A stretch of 64,000 bases of DNA from an uncultured Gammaproteobacteria bacterium (GTDB lineage Bacteria; Patescibacteriota; Patescibacteriia; Magasanikbacterales; UBA922), in assembly GCA_964447765.1 (NCBI GenBank), contig CAYUTO010000003.1, positions 72,919 through 136,918 of the forward strand, in the 5' to 3' direction. Shown here piece after piece: positions 1 to 10,311 of this stretch. The notes beneath the pieces are model-generated. The model had not been told where the DNA came from. It ran no database searches and was given only the letters and a program-made list of their open reading frames with translations. How positions within the stretch are numbered: the stretch's first letter is position 1; the number at the start of each line of letters is the position of its first letter. Both the position numbers and the translations under genes were made by a program.

Positions 1-105
1 TGTATGCAGGAAGTACGACCTCATACCCAAGACCAGATTGCGTTGCCACAATCACACTTTGCTTAGTACTTCCAATTACTGTTCCTTGAATATGTGCGAT
101 CATAC

Positions 106-1611
106 TTAACGAGACAAATATGCCACAAGTGTTTCAACACCAAATCCATTCGCACCAGGTCTGAGCCACGGCTTTGCTTTGCCCATAAATATCGCACTCG
201 CAAGATCAATATGTGCCCATTTGTAATCGACGAAGAATTGGAGGAATGCTGCAGCGGTCGATGCCCCACCAAATGCAGGACTCCCTACTCCACCCAGATT
301 TTTGATGTCAGCAATCTCACTCTTCATAGCTTCACTATATTCTTCACCGAGTGGTAATCTCCACAATAGTTCGCCCACTCCATCCCCTGCCGCAACCAGT
401 TTTTCACACATACTATCATCGGGAGTAAATATTCCCGATCGTTCTGATCCGAGAGCCCCCATACATGCACCTGTAAGCGTAGCAAGATCAATTACTTCAG
501 CTGGTTCATATTTCTTTGCATATACTAGTGCGTCAGCAAGAATGAGACGTCCTTCAGCATCAGTATTCAAAATTTCAACAGTTTTTCCATTCATTGCCAC
601 CAGAATATCATCAGGTCGAAATGCGCTACCACTGGGCATGTTTTCTGCCGCAGGAATCAGGCCTACAATATTTTTCTTGAGTTTGAGTTCAGCCGCAGCT
701 TTAATTGCTCCCAATACTGCCGCTCCTCCAAGCATGTCGTATTTCATCTCTACCATCCATTGTCCTGGTTTTAAAGACAACCCACCAGAATCAAACGTGA
801 TTCCTTTACCCACCAATACGGTTGGTTTTTGAGATTTAGCCGCACCCCAATATTCAACAATAATAAATTTTGGTTCGTGCTCAGAACCTTGCGCTACACC
901 CAATAAGCAGCCCATTTTCAATTTTTTAATTTCTGCTTTTCCGAGCACCGTAGCTTTGATTTTACTTTTTTTTGCCATTTCAACAGCGGCATCTGCAAGA
1001 TACGTTGGAGTCATGGTACTTGGAGGAGTATTTCCAAGATGGCGTGCAAAATTCACTCCCTCAGCAACTATTCTTCCATATGCAATACCTTTTTCACACG
1101 CTTTTTTCTCACTCGCGTTTGCAAGCCCTGCAAACTGCACATCTTCAATTGGAACTGAGTGTGCTTCTACATCGGTCTTATGTTCATCATACGCATACGT
1201 AGAAATTTCACCTGCCCGAACAAAAAGTGAAGCAAGATGTTCAACTGTTTCTTTCTTTTTGAGAACACTCGTAAACACAAGTGACACTTTTTTCCATTTT
1301 TTATTTTGAGCTTGTACAAAAGCTGCGCCTACACACTCGCGCAATTTCTTTACTGAATATTCTTTATCTTTACCCAATCCTACGAGCATAACGCGGGGAT
1401 GATTTTTGTCTTCAGTATGCAATACAAGTTTTTCCAATTTTTTTCCTTTAAATTCTTCCAATTCTACTGCGCCTGTAATTTTTTTTCTTACCTCATCAAG
1501 CATTCCAAAATTCTTTAGCTCTGTCTCAACTTTTTGATCTTCAAATACAGGAAACAATATTACATTGCACGGTTTTAATTCTTCGAGACTTGTGTGAACA
1601 GTATATTTCAT
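106..1611 (-). CDS. pepA: Leucyl aminopeptidase (M17 family)
   Basis: 501 aa ORF containing the M17 signature NTDAEGRLILADAL and the typical C-terminal catalytic-domain layout. Confidence 0.9.
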   Translation of the reverse strand: MKYTVHTSLEELKPCNVILFPVFEDQKVETELKNFGMLDEVRKKITGAVELEEFKGKKLEKLVLHTEDKNHPRVMLVGLGKDKEYSVKKLRECVGAAFVQAQNKKWKKVSLVFTSVLKKKETVEHLASLFVRAGEISTYAYDEHKTDVEAHSVPIEDVQFAGLANASEKKACEKGIAYGRIVAEGVNFARHLGNTPPSTMTPTYLADAAVEMAKKSKIKATVLGKAEIKKLKMGCLLGVAQGSEHEPKFIIVEYWGAAKSQKPTVLVGKGITFDSGGLSLKPGQWMVEMKYDMLGGAAVLGAIKAAAELKLKKNIVGLIPAAENMPSGSAFRPDDILVAMNGKTVEILNTDAEGRLILADALVYAKKYEPAEVIDLATLTGACMGALGSERSGIFTPDDSMCEKLVAAGDGVGELLWRLPLGEEYSEAMKSEIADIKNLGGVGSPAFGGASTAAAFLQFFVDYKWAHIDLASAIFMGKAKPWLRPGANGFGVETLVAYLSR

Positions 1612-1622
1612 ATTGGATTAAT

Positions 1623-4508
1623 TTATTTCTTTTCAATAGTTAATGAAATCTCCACTCCTTCAATAATAACTTTGGTATCAGTTTGTTTTTCAGTTAATTC
1701 TACCGCAAGTACGGATTGAGCAATACTACCTTTATGACCTTCGAAAACTGCACGAAACTGTGTATCTTCAGTGTGCCAATATATTGACACTCTGTCTTCT
1801 ACGGTTAATCCCGATTCTTTTCTAATTTGATTGATCGCACGCACTGTTTCACGTACCAACCCTTCTATCTTCAGCTCATCAGTCATTTCAGTATCGATTC
1901 CAACTTGGATAGCATTGTCTTCTTTTATGATAACAAATTCAGTTGGTTTATTCATCTCTCCTGTGACTGATTTTACATTCATTTCGTCGGCAACAATCTG
2001 CCCTGCAGCATCTGAGAGTGTGATTCCACTAAAATACAAATGTGACAATGTCTGACGTACTTTTATTCCAGCTTGAGCTCGAAGTGCTAATCCCATTTCT
2101 ACCACTTTTCGAACATGTTCCATTTCCCCCAACACATTCTCATCAACTTCTTTCTTATTATACACGGGAAAATCTTCGAGATGCACACTTTCCATTTCTC
2201 CACCCACTTTTTGGTAGAGAGTTTCCGCAATAAATGGAGTAAACGGTGCCATCACTTTTGATAGAGTTTGTAAAACGGTTTGAAGTGTGGCAAGTGCCGC
2301 TTCTTTATCACCAACATCCTCACCCTTGAAACGATCACGGCTTCGTCGCACATACCACTGTGATAATTCAGTGACAAATTCTACGATTGGTCGACTTGCT
2401 TCTGCAAGTTTGTACGCTTCCATTCCCTCCGTAACTTCCTTAACTAAAATATTAAGCTTAGAAAGAATCCATCGATCCAAAATGTGTTTACTTTCGACTT
2501 TCGACTTTCGACTTTCGACTTTTTCTGTAAACAGTTCATAAAACTCACACACATTCCACAAAGTGTTTATGAGTTTGTTATACATTTCTCGTACTCCTGC
2601 TTCCGAGAAATTCAGATTCTCTGCTGCCATCACAGGGGACGTCAACAAATAATATCGAAGCGCATCTGCTCCGTATTTTTCAAGGAGAGTATTAGGGTCT
2701 GGATAATTCTGTAATTTTTTACTCATCTTTTTACCATCTTCCGCAAGCACGATTCCATTTACAATCACATTTTTGTATGCAGTTTTTCCAAACAGTCCGA
2801 CTGCTAGAATGTGTAGATAATAGAACCATGCGCGAGTCTGATCCTGCCCTTCTGCAATAAACTCTGCAGGAAAACTTGCTTCAAATTTTTCTTTATTTTC
2901 AAATGGATAACGTACTTCAGCATAAGGCATCGATCCAGAATCAAACCAGGTATCGAGAACATCAGGAACTCGAGTATAGGTCTTACCCTCTTTTTCAAAT
3001 GTAATAGTATCAACAATATGTTTGTGTAAATCATCGACTTTCTGACCAGATAATTCCTCAAGCTCTTTAAGAGAACCCACACATATCGAATCACCATCTG
3101 CACTCTGCCAGACAGGGATTACGGTAGCCCAAAAACGCTGTCTGGAAATAGACCAGTCACGCGCTCCTTCGAGCCATTTGCCAAAACGACCTTCTTTAAT
3201 ATGTTCAGGAGACCAATTGATTTTTTCTGCTTGTTTCAATGCTTTTGATTTGATTTTGGTAACGTTTACAAACCAACTACTTGTCGCATAATTGATCAAT
3301 GGAGTATCACAACGCCAGCAATGTGGGTAGCTATGTTCATATTTTTTCTTTGAAAATAATTTTCCATTGTGAGCCAACCATTTTACAATTTCCACGTCTG
3401 TCGCCATATGATCTTCTACTGGCTTCACATGCATTCCACGAAAATCAGTGACGGCATCGATAAAAGTTCCATCCATTTTTACATGCTGAATAAACGGAAC
3501 ATTTTCTTTTTTGAATACTTCATAATCATCAGTACCAAATGCAGGCGCGAGATGTACCACTCCGGTTCCATCAACAGTCGTTACAAAATCAGCAGTGACT
3601 ACACGGAAAGAATTTTTACTATCAGCAAAATATGGGAATAGTGGTTCGTATTCAAGACCAACCAATTCATTGGCTGAAAGTTTTTTTACCACTTCATATT
3701 CTTTTCCTTCAAAATTAACCCCAACTAATTCTCCCGAAAGAATATATTGTTCTTCCCCACTTTTTACCAGAGAATATTCAATATCACTCCCCACTGCAAG
3801 TAACACATTTCCTGGCAATGTCCACGGTGTTGTGGTCCATGCAAGCACAAAAACATTACCATCAATATCCAATTTTTCTTTAGCGTTTTTCAATTTGAAT
3901 TTCGCCGTAACTGAAATATCTTTGATATCTTTATACCCTTCAGTTACCTCTTGCTGAGACAGGGTGGTCTCACAGCGGGGACAGATATGCATGGGTTTAT
4001 ACCCATGATAAATCAGATCTTTATCCCAGAGTTGTTTGAATACTGACCACACTGATTCCATGTATCCATTATCCATCGTACGATACGCATTTTTCATATC
4101 TACCCAGCGACCCAGACGATGAATTGTTTTTTCCCAATCACCTACATAGCTCAATACTTTAGAGCGACATTTCTCATTGAAAACTGCCACACCCATCTCT
4201 TCAATCTCTTTCTTACTTTTAGTACCCAGTTCCTTTTCAATAATATTTTCAATTGGAAGTCCATGACAATCCCATCCCCACACACGTTCTACCCTTCGAC
4301 CTTGCATGGTCCAGTAGCGAGGCACCACATCTTTCATTACACTTCCCACAATGTGACCGTAATGAGGAAGTCCAGTCGCAAATGGTGGCCCGTCATAAAA
4401 CGTATATTGTTTATTTTCTGGTCGATTTTCTACAGATTTTCGAAATGCATCGGTTTTATCCCAATGTTTGAGTATTTCTAATTCTTGTTCTTGTGCGTTA
4501 TAGGGCAT
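1623..4508 (-). CDS. ileS: Isoleucyl-tRNA synthetase
   Basis: 961 aa class I aaRS. HIGH motif in FYDGPPFATGLPHYGH and a KMSKK loop (KMSKKLQNY). Length and motif context fit IleRS rather than ValRS or LeuRS. Confidence 0.88.
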   Translation of the reverse strand: MPYNAQEQELEILKHWDKTDAFRKSVENRPENKQYTFYDGPPFATGLPHYGHIVGSVMKDVVPRYWTMQGRRVERVWGWDCHGLPIENIIEKELGTKSKKEIEEMGVAVFNEKCRSKVLSYVGDWEKTIHRLGRWVDMKNAYRTMDNGYMESVWSVFKQLWDKDLIYHGYKPMHICPRCETTLSQQEVTEGYKDIKDISVTAKFKLKNAKEKLDIDGNVFVLAWTTTPWTLPGNVLLAVGSDIEYSLVKSGEEQYILSGELVGVNFEGKEYEVVKKLSANELVGLEYEPLFPYFADSKNSFRVVTADFVTTVDGTGVVHLAPAFGTDDYEVFKKENVPFIQHVKMDGTFIDAVTDFRGMHVKPVEDHMATDVEIVKWLAHNGKLFSKKKYEHSYPHCWRCDTPLINYATSSWFVNVTKIKSKALKQAEKINWSPEHIKEGRFGKWLEGARDWSISRQRFWATVIPVWQSADGDSICVGSLKELEELSGQKVDDLHKHIVDTITFEKEGKTYTRVPDVLDTWFDSGSMPYAEVRYPFENKEKFEASFPAEFIAEGQDQTRAWFYYLHILAVGLFGKTAYKNVIVNGIVLAEDGKKMSKKLQNYPDPNTLLEKYGADALRYYLLTSPVMAAENLNFSEAGVREMYNKLINTLWNVCEFYELFTEKVESRKSKVESKHILDRWILSKLNILVKEVTEGMEAYKLAEASRPIVEFVTELSQWYVRRSRDRFKGEDVGDKEAALATLQTVLQTLSKVMAPFTPFIAETLYQKVGGEMESVHLEDFPVYNKKEVDENVLGEMEHVRKVVEMGLALRAQAGIKVRQTLSHLYFSGITLSDAAGQIVADEMNVKSVTGEMNKPTEFVIIKEDNAIQVGIDTEMTDELKIEGLVRETVRAINQIRKESGLTVEDRVSIYWHTEDTQFRAVFEGHKGSIAQSVLAVELTEKQTDTKVIIEGVEISLTIEKK
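2486..2527. repeat. Tandem 7-mer (ctttcga x4-5) inside ileS, same word as the intergenic gtcgaaagtc repeat family
   Basis: ctttcgactttcgactttcgactttcgacttt read directly. It translates in frame on the minus strand as KVESRKSKVESK. Confidence 0.8.
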
Positions 4509-4521
4509 ACGATTTAATTAA

Positions 4522-4600
4522 CAATTAGCAATGAACAACTAACAAATCCCTATTGGTAATTTTTGCTAATTGTTCATTGTTAATTGTTCGTTGTAAAATA
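4522..4600 (-). promoter_or_regulatory. Long imperfect inverted repeat in the ileS 5' leader
   Basis: aacaattagcaatgaacaactaacaa ... ttgctaattgttcattgttaattgtt; arms are near reverse complements of each other (~25 bp). Confidence 0.4.
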
Positions 4601-4745
4601 AAAAGCCCCCAGTGTGAGGACCCAAGTTCTTGGGCGGTACCACCTCACTTCCATAGCGGCTACTTCATATATGCTATTACGGGCACACCCGAGAGGTTCT
4701 AATTCCGACTAAGTCGGAGTTCTTCCTCTAGCGCTTCTATATAGA
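4600..4745 (-). promoter_or_regulatory. Putative T-box riboswitch leader (Ile specifier) upstream of ileS
   Basis: The minus strand contains AAGTGAGGTGGTACCGCC, close to the T-box consensus AGGGTGGNACCGCG. A stem-I-like helix has GAAUUAGAA in the specifier position (AUU is an Ile codon followed by a purine). A downstream hairpin with a U-tract (cactgggggcttttt) follows. Position in front of ileS is the classic T-box context. Confidence 0.45.
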
Positions 4746-4837
4746 ATTTTCTGTTGATTGCAGAAAAATACGCTAATACAATTGTACAATAAATATACAA
4801 GCAAGCGAGAAAAAAGTCAAAGCTCAAGTTTTTTCAA

Positions 4838-5287
4838 TTACAATCCAAAATTCTTCTTAAGAATTGTCCTATAAATACTATTTCTACTCACCATCCCCAC
4901 TACTTTTCCATTTTCAACTACGGGCAGACGATTCACATCATGTGCAAGCATCAGTGATCCAGCTTTCATGATTGGATCGTCTGGTGTTACAGTCAAAATA
5001 TTTCTCTTCATAAATACTTCCACCTTGGTATTTCTGATGTCCCCTGCTTTCGACTCTCGTGCCTCCATATCAGTATAACTTTCAGGACTATCATAAAAAC
5101 TCTTGTACCAGGGATATAAAATCCGTACAATATCTTTTTCTGAGACAAATCCAACTACACGCTCCTGATCATCAAGTACCGGAACACCGGTTACCTGATT
5201 TGTGTACAGAAGACGCGCCACTTCCTCATACGTAGTGTCTGGCGTTACAAAAACGTTATGAGTATCCATCAGTTCTTTGACTTTCAT
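4838..5287 (-). CDS. CBS-domain pair protein
   Basis: Two CBS-like modules (VTPDTTYEEVARLL...GVPVLDDQERVVGFVSEKDIV and LTVTPDDPIMKAGSLMLAHDVNRLPVVENGKVVGMVS). Start chosen at MKVKELMD. Confidence 0.65.
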   Translation of the reverse strand: MKVKELMDTHNVFVTPDTTYEEVARLLYTNQVTGVPVLDDQERVVGFVSEKDIVRILYPWYKSFYDSPESYTDMEARESKAGDIRNTKVEVFMKRNILTVTPDDPIMKAGSLMLAHDVNRLPVVENGKVVGMVSRNSIYRTILKKNFGL

Positions 5288-5500
5288 ATGGGTGGGGTTA
5301 AAAGTAAAGAAAAAAATATGGATGAGTATAGTCACATTTTCACTATATTTCTATCATAGCGACAACTTGCGCAACCGTCAAATTATACGTATAGTCTCTT
5401 TACCAAACAGAATAAAAACGATATACTTTTTTGTATACTAAAGCCTGTGTAATTGAATTGTCGTTTAACTTTTTACTCTTGCCTTTTGACTTCTATACGT

Positions 5501-5959
5501 ATGTATACAGGACCACTCTATATTGCAGGTGACCATGGTGGATATGCACTAAAAAAGCGATTAATTCGGTTTGTAGAAAACGAGCTTAGCCGATCGATTG
5601 AAGACATGGGTCCACTCGAACACGTAGAGCACGATGATTATACTGACTATACATTCCCCCTTGCAAAACGCGTGGTAGATGAACATGCACGCGGTATTCT
5701 CGTGTGTCGTAATGGAATCGGGGTATGTATGGCGGCAAATAAAGTCGCCGGAATCCGTGCAGGTATTGGATACAATATTGCAGTTGGAGAATCCATGATG
5801 AAAGATGATGATACAAACATTCTTTGTCTTGCAGCAGATCATCTCTCCGAAGATTTTGCCATGGCAATTGTAAAAAGATGGCTCGAAACTCCTTTTAGTG
5901 AAGCCGAACGACATGTGCGAAGACTCGGAAAAATCGAAGAATTTGAAAAAAATGTATGA
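5501..5959 (+). CDS. rpiB: Ribose-5-phosphate isomerase B (RpiB/LacAB family)
   Basis: MYTGPLYIAGDHGGYALK ... CRNGIGVCMAANKVAGIRAG pattern typical of RpiB. Start at ATG 5501. Confidence 0.8.
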   Translation: MYTGPLYIAGDHGGYALKKRLIRFVENELSRSIEDMGPLEHVEHDDYTDYTFPLAKRVVDEHARGILVCRNGIGVCMAANKVAGIRAGIGYNIAVGESMMKDDDTNILCLAADHLSEDFAMAIVKRWLETPFSEAERHVRRLGKIEEFEKNV

Positions 5960-6603
5960 TTGCTATTATCCCTTCGATTCTAGTCAAAACCAAGAATGAA
6001 TTTTTGTCTCAAATTTCTCTACTAGAGCATTCGGTCACTCATCTCCAGCTTGATATTGCTGATGGAAATTTTGTTTCTAATACTACGTGGAGTGAGCCAG
6101 AGATTATCCGCCACAGTGAAGGATACACATTTGAACTTCACCTTATGGTCGAGCATCCGCTCGAAGTTATTGCTGAATGGAGTACTGTAGCAAATGTCAC
6201 CAAATATATCGTCCATTTTGAATCTGAGGACAACATTGAAGAAGTCATATCTCATATACAAGCATCTAATGGACTGAAACGCGAAGTCTTCATTGCACTC
6301 AATCCTGAGACACAGCTAAGTGCACTCGAAAGAATTGCCGATCGGATTGATGGAGTTCTCTTTATGGGTGTCACCCCTGGGTTTCAAGGGCAAAAATTAA
6401 TTCCTGCAGTTCTTGAAAAAATCACTCAGTGCAGAAACAGATATCCTCATTTGTACACTGAACTAGATGGTGGTGTCCATGAAGATACGCTCGAAGCGAT
6501 CGTCAAAAGCGGTGTTCATGCGATTTGTCCGGGAAGTTTGGTGTTCAAACGAGAACAGAAACCGAGTGAACAAATTATATTTATCAAAAACCAATTAGCG
6601 TAA
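5956..6603 (+). CDS. rpe: Ribulose-phosphate 3-epimerase
   Basis: IIPSIL N-terminus, HLMVEHP and a LDGGV C-terminal motif. Start overlaps the rpiB stop by 4 nt. Confidence 0.8.
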   Translation: MIAIIPSILVKTKNEFLSQISLLEHSVTHLQLDIADGNFVSNTTWSEPEIIRHSEGYTFELHLMVEHPLEVIAEWSTVANVTKYIVHFESEDNIEEVISHIQASNGLKREVFIALNPETQLSALERIADRIDGVLFMGVTPGFQGQKLIPAVLEKITQCRNRYPHLYTELDGGVHEDTLEAIVKSGVHAICPGSLVFKREQKPSEQIIFIKNQLA

Positions 6604-6613
6604 ACAAATATAT

Positions 6614-7579
6614 ATGTCTCAAAAAAATGACCTCCTCGACCTCGTGATTATCGGAGCTGCTGCTGCAGGGTGTGCTGCTGCCGTATACGCCGCACGAAGA
6701 AATTTGAAGTTCGCTGTGGTTACCAAAGATATTGGTGGAGAAGTTGCTCTTTCAGGAGAAGTAGAAAACTGGCCAGGTATCATACACACCACTGGTTTTG
6801 AATTGGCACAACAGTTCTACAAACATATGGAATCATATGGTATCAAAGCAGATGTAGGCTATTCGGTAACTTCGATTGAAAAGGAAGGAAAATATTTCAT
6901 TGTAAAAACTGAAGATTACTCAAAAAAAGAAAAGCTCTTCTATACAAAAACCGTAATTATCGGAAGTGGTATCCACCCTCGAGAGCTTGGGATTCCAGGA
7001 GAAAAAGAGTTGCGCGGCAAGGGAGTCACCTACTGTACCGTATGTGACGGACCGCTTTATCGCAATAAAATAACCACCACAATCGGAGCCGGAAATGCAG
7101 CACTCGAGTCGGCTCTCATGATGGCTGAGCTTGCAACCAAAGTGTATTGCATTACCAAATTCCCTAATACCAAAGAAACCAATGGTGGATTTCCCAAAGG
7201 TGAAAATATTTTGATTGATAAATTAAAAAAAGCTCCTAATGTGGAGATTATCTACGGCGCTATCACTACTGAAATACTGGGCACCGAAAATGTAACCGGC
7301 GTTTCTTATACCGACAACACCGGATCAAAACAAACTATCGAAACGAACGGTGTCATGGTACATATTGGAAATATTCCTAATTCCACTTTTGCGCCAATTG
7401 TCGACCGAACCCCCTTGGGCGAAATTATCGTGGATCTTACTTGCGCCACCTCAATCCCGGGAATTTTCGCAGCAGGAGATGTAACCACGGTTCCCTACAA
7501 ACAAATTGTCATTGCCGCAGGCCAGGGAGTCACAGCAGCACTCTCTGCTATCGCATATATCAATAAATGGGAAGAGTAA
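6614..7579 (+). CDS. trxB: Thioredoxin reductase (FAD/NAD(P)-binding, CxxC)
   Basis: DLVIIGAAAAGCAAAVYAAR FAD site, redox-active CTVCDG, second Rossmann motif TTIGAGNAALE, and FAAGDV. Confidence 0.85.
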   Translation: MSQKNDLLDLVIIGAAAAGCAAAVYAARRNLKFAVVTKDIGGEVALSGEVENWPGIIHTTGFELAQQFYKHMESYGIKADVGYSVTSIEKEGKYFIVKTEDYSKKEKLFYTKTVIIGSGIHPRELGIPGEKELRGKGVTYCTVCDGPLYRNKITTTIGAGNAALESALMMAELATKVYCITKFPNTKETNGGFPKGENILIDKLKKAPNVEIIYGAITTEILGTENVTGVSYTDNTGSKQTIETNGVMVHIGNIPNSTFAPIVDRTPLGEIIVDLTCATSIPGIFAAGDVTTVPYKQIVIAAGQGVTAALSAIAYINKWEE

Positions 7580-7661
7580 AAAAAATGTTTCTTATTTACT
7601 TCCATTTTGCTATACTTACATTCGTATTATAGCTTTGAGTTTTTACCTTTGAGCTTTAAGT

Positions 7662-7979
7662 TTGAAATCTATGTTCCTCGAATCAGTATTTCCTGTACTC
7701 CCATCATCAATTACCGAGATACTCGTCTACGTCTCAGCTTTCTTGGGTATTTTGTTGCTTTCATACGGAGTATTTCTCGAAGCAGAGAGTCGACAGGATT
7801 TAGTATTTTTTCTTGGAGCTTGCTTTCTTCTGGTCTATGCAATCTACATCGCAAATCTCGTCTTTGTTCTTGCAATGGGTGCATTCGCCTTGAACTCGAT
7901 GATTGAATTTATCGAAATACTCACTGGACTTCACAAACATAATCCCGAGCAACTCGAACGTGTTAAAAAATTACGCTAA
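7662..7979 (+). CDS. Small hydrophobic membrane protein (hypothetical)
   Basis: 105 aa with three predicted TM helices. It ends 4 nt before the kinase start. Confidence 0.35.
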   Translation: MKSMFLESVFPVLPSSITEILVYVSAFLGILLLSYGVFLEAESRQDLVFFLGACFLLVYAIYIANLVFVLAMGAFALNSMIEFIEILTGLHKHNPEQLERVKKLR

Positions 7980-7983
7980 TGCT

Positions 7984-8955
7984 ATGTACGATCTTGTAAC
8001 TATCGGAGACTCCACCGTCGACATGTTCCTTCTTATCGACGAAGCTACTCTCAACTGTGATATCAAAACCAATGAATGCCAACTCTGCTTTACCTATGCA
8101 GATAAAATTCCGATCAATGGTGCTATTCAGGCAATTGGTGGGAATGCTGCGAACGTAGCTGCTGGAGGCGCAAAATTGGGTCTAAAAACAGCAATAGTCA
8201 CTGAAGTGGGAGATGATATCAACGGACTCCTCATCAATGATGATTTGACCAAAATAGGTGTTAACACCAATCTTGTACATGTAAATAAAGGAAAAGAAAC
8301 AAGATATTCAGTGGTATTAAGTTATAAAGGAGAGCGAACGATTCTTTCCTACCACGCTCCCCGAACATACCCTAAACCAAAACTACCCCCTGCCAAAGCT
8401 CTCTATTACACTTCTCTTGGAAAAACATTTGAGCGAATCCAAGCTGCAGTAATCGCCTATAAGAAAAAACACAAAACAGTAATTTTGGCGTGCAATCCTG
8501 GATCATACCAATTTGGTGCTGGGATACAAAAAACACGACAGATTCTACCATTCACTGATATTTTATTTGTAAACAAAGAAGAAGCAGAGAAAATTACCCA
8601 GTCCAAGGGTACTGTACAAGAGCTTACAAAACTTTTACACACCAAAGGAGTTCGGATCGTTGTTGTTACCGATGGGTCGAAAGGATCGTATGTATCTAAT
8701 GGAGAGTCTCTCTATCATATGCCACGGTTCCCCGTAAAAACACTTTCCCGAACTGGCGCAGGCGATGCCTATGCCAGTGGATTTATGAGTGCACACCTCA
8801 GCGGACACACTATTCCTCAGGCAATGTCTTGGGGTACGGCGAATGCTTCCAGTGTGGTGCAGCAGTTTGGCGGACACACCGGCACACTTACCAAAAAACA
8901 AATTGCAACTATACTCAAAAAATATAGCTCAATTAAGCCAAAACTTGTGGTCTAA
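7984..8955 (+). CDS. PfkB-family carbohydrate kinase (ribokinase-like)
   Basis: N-terminal MYDLVTIGDSTVD, GGNAANVAAG and C-terminal TGAGDAYASGF motifs of the ribokinase/PfkB family. Confidence 0.8.
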   Translation: MYDLVTIGDSTVDMFLLIDEATLNCDIKTNECQLCFTYADKIPINGAIQAIGGNAANVAAGGAKLGLKTAIVTEVGDDINGLLINDDLTKIGVNTNLVHVNKGKETRYSVVLSYKGERTILSYHAPRTYPKPKLPPAKALYYTSLGKTFERIQAAVIAYKKKHKTVILACNPGSYQFGAGIQKTRQILPFTDILFVNKEEAEKITQSKGTVQELTKLLHTKGVRIVVVTDGSKGSYVSNGESLYHMPRFPVKTLSRTGAGDAYASGFMSAHLSGHTIPQAMSWGTANASSVVQQFGGHTGTLTKKQIATILKKYSSIKPKLVV

Positions 8956-9020
8956 GACTTGACAAAGATGCTACTCCATGATACAAAGTAGCGTACATTT
9001 TTGATCGTTAATTTTAGTGT

Positions 9021-10304
9021 ATGGTTGCAAAGCAGAAGCAGGACATTATCCTCTATGTAGGAAAAATTCTGCCCTACATGATTACCGCAATTCGCGCATA
9101 CGAAAAGCAAAACAAACGAAAATTTCGTATTGCATTGTTATTTGATATCAAAGAAAAACGAAACATCCCAACTGACGATATTATCAAAAATATTGATCTT
9201 GTGTTGTCATGTAATACTCTTTCTGAGAGCGCTATACAAGAAACTCTACTACCTTATGAAGATGAGTTGCTCGCAATTTCATGTAGAGGCGAAGATTATA
9301 TTGAAATGTTTGCTCGAATTATCCCTTTTGTACCCTATCTCCGCACCCCAACGAGCGAATCACTCCGATGGGCATCAGACAAACTACTCATGCGAAGACG
9401 TCTATTTACCTATAACAAAAAAATCACCCCTGCATACATAGTAGTTACCGATACAACTCCTACCTCATTACAAAAAATTGAACAAAAGGTTGGATTTCCT
9501 CTAGTAGTGAAACCCACAGGTCTTGCTGCAAGTCGACTAGTAACTATATGTTTCCACAAAGAAGAGCTTGAAACAACTCTAAAAAAGGTTTTTAAAAAAA
9601 TTAATGCACTATATCAAGAAACGGGAGGTAACTGGACCCCACAAGTACTCGTAGAGCAATTCATGGATGGAGAAATGTACTCGATTGACGGGTACGTGTC
9701 TGCACGTGGAAAAGTACAGTTTGTTCCTCTCGTTCATATTCAAACTGGACGCACCATTGGTTTTGATGATTTCTTTGGATATATCCAGATGACTCCTACC
9801 AATCTCAACAAAGAAAGTATTGATATTGCTCGAGGTGTTGCACGAGAAGCAGTCCACGCCCTTGCGCTACGTAGCACCGCTGTACACATTGAACTTATGA
9901 AAACTGAGGGTGGCTGGAAAGTAATTGAAATTGCAGCACGTCAAGGCGGATACCGCCATCACATGTATGACTATTCGTATGGGATCAACCATACTATGAA
10001 CGATATTCTGATTCGTATCCCCGAAGAAGTGCATACTAAGCGCAAAGTGAAGGGATACACAGCGTATATGAAATTTTTTGCAAAAAAAGAAGGTAAACTT
10101 TCAAAACTAACGGGGGTCAAACGAGCCCAGGAATTGAAATCGTTTAAAGAAATTAGTGTAAATAAAAAAATTGGTGACACTTGTACCTACGCCAAAAATG
10201 GTGGCACCAGTGTGTTCAACATTCTTCTCTTTAATCCTGAAAAATCAGAATTACTCGCAGACATTCGACGACTTGAGCAAATGGTAGAAATAGAAGTACA
10301 ATAA
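9021..10304 (+). CDS. ATP-grasp domain protein (carboxylate-amine ligase-like)
   Basis: GFPLVVKPTGLAASRLV ... EQFMDGEMYSIDGYV ... AVHIELMKTEGGWKVIEIAARQGG pattern of ATP-grasp enzymes. Confidence 0.6.
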   Translation: MVAKQKQDIILYVGKILPYMITAIRAYEKQNKRKFRIALLFDIKEKRNIPTDDIIKNIDLVLSCNTLSESAIQETLLPYEDELLAISCRGEDYIEMFARIIPFVPYLRTPTSESLRWASDKLLMRRRLFTYNKKITPAYIVVTDTTPTSLQKIEQKVGFPLVVKPTGLAASRLVTICFHKEELETTLKKVFKKINALYQETGGNWTPQVLVEQFMDGEMYSIDGYVSARGKVQFVPLVHIQTGRTIGFDDFFGYIQMTPTNLNKESIDIARGVAREAVHALALRSTAVHIELMKTEGGWKVIEIAARQGGYRHHMYDYSYGINHTMNDILIRIPEEVHTKRKVKGYTAYMKFFAKKEGKLSKLTGVKRAQELKSFKEISVNKKIGDTCTYAKNGGTSVFNILLFNPEKSELLADIRRLEQMVEIEVQ

Positions 10305-10311
10305 TATACCT

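Noticed and set aside
63-1309. Several plus- and minus-strand ORFs (94-357, 302-832, 956-1309, 972-1202, 63-272) overlapping pepA
   Set aside because: They lie antisense to or frame-shifted against a full-length, motif-bearing M17 aminopeptidase ORF, and are low-complexity translations typical of shadow ORFs.
9130-9441. 103 aa ORF inside the ATP-grasp gene in another frame, and similar internal ORFs throughout (e.g. 5561-5914, 6022-6261, 33594-34085)
   Set aside because: They are embedded in well-supported longer genes on the same or opposite strand, with no independent signals.
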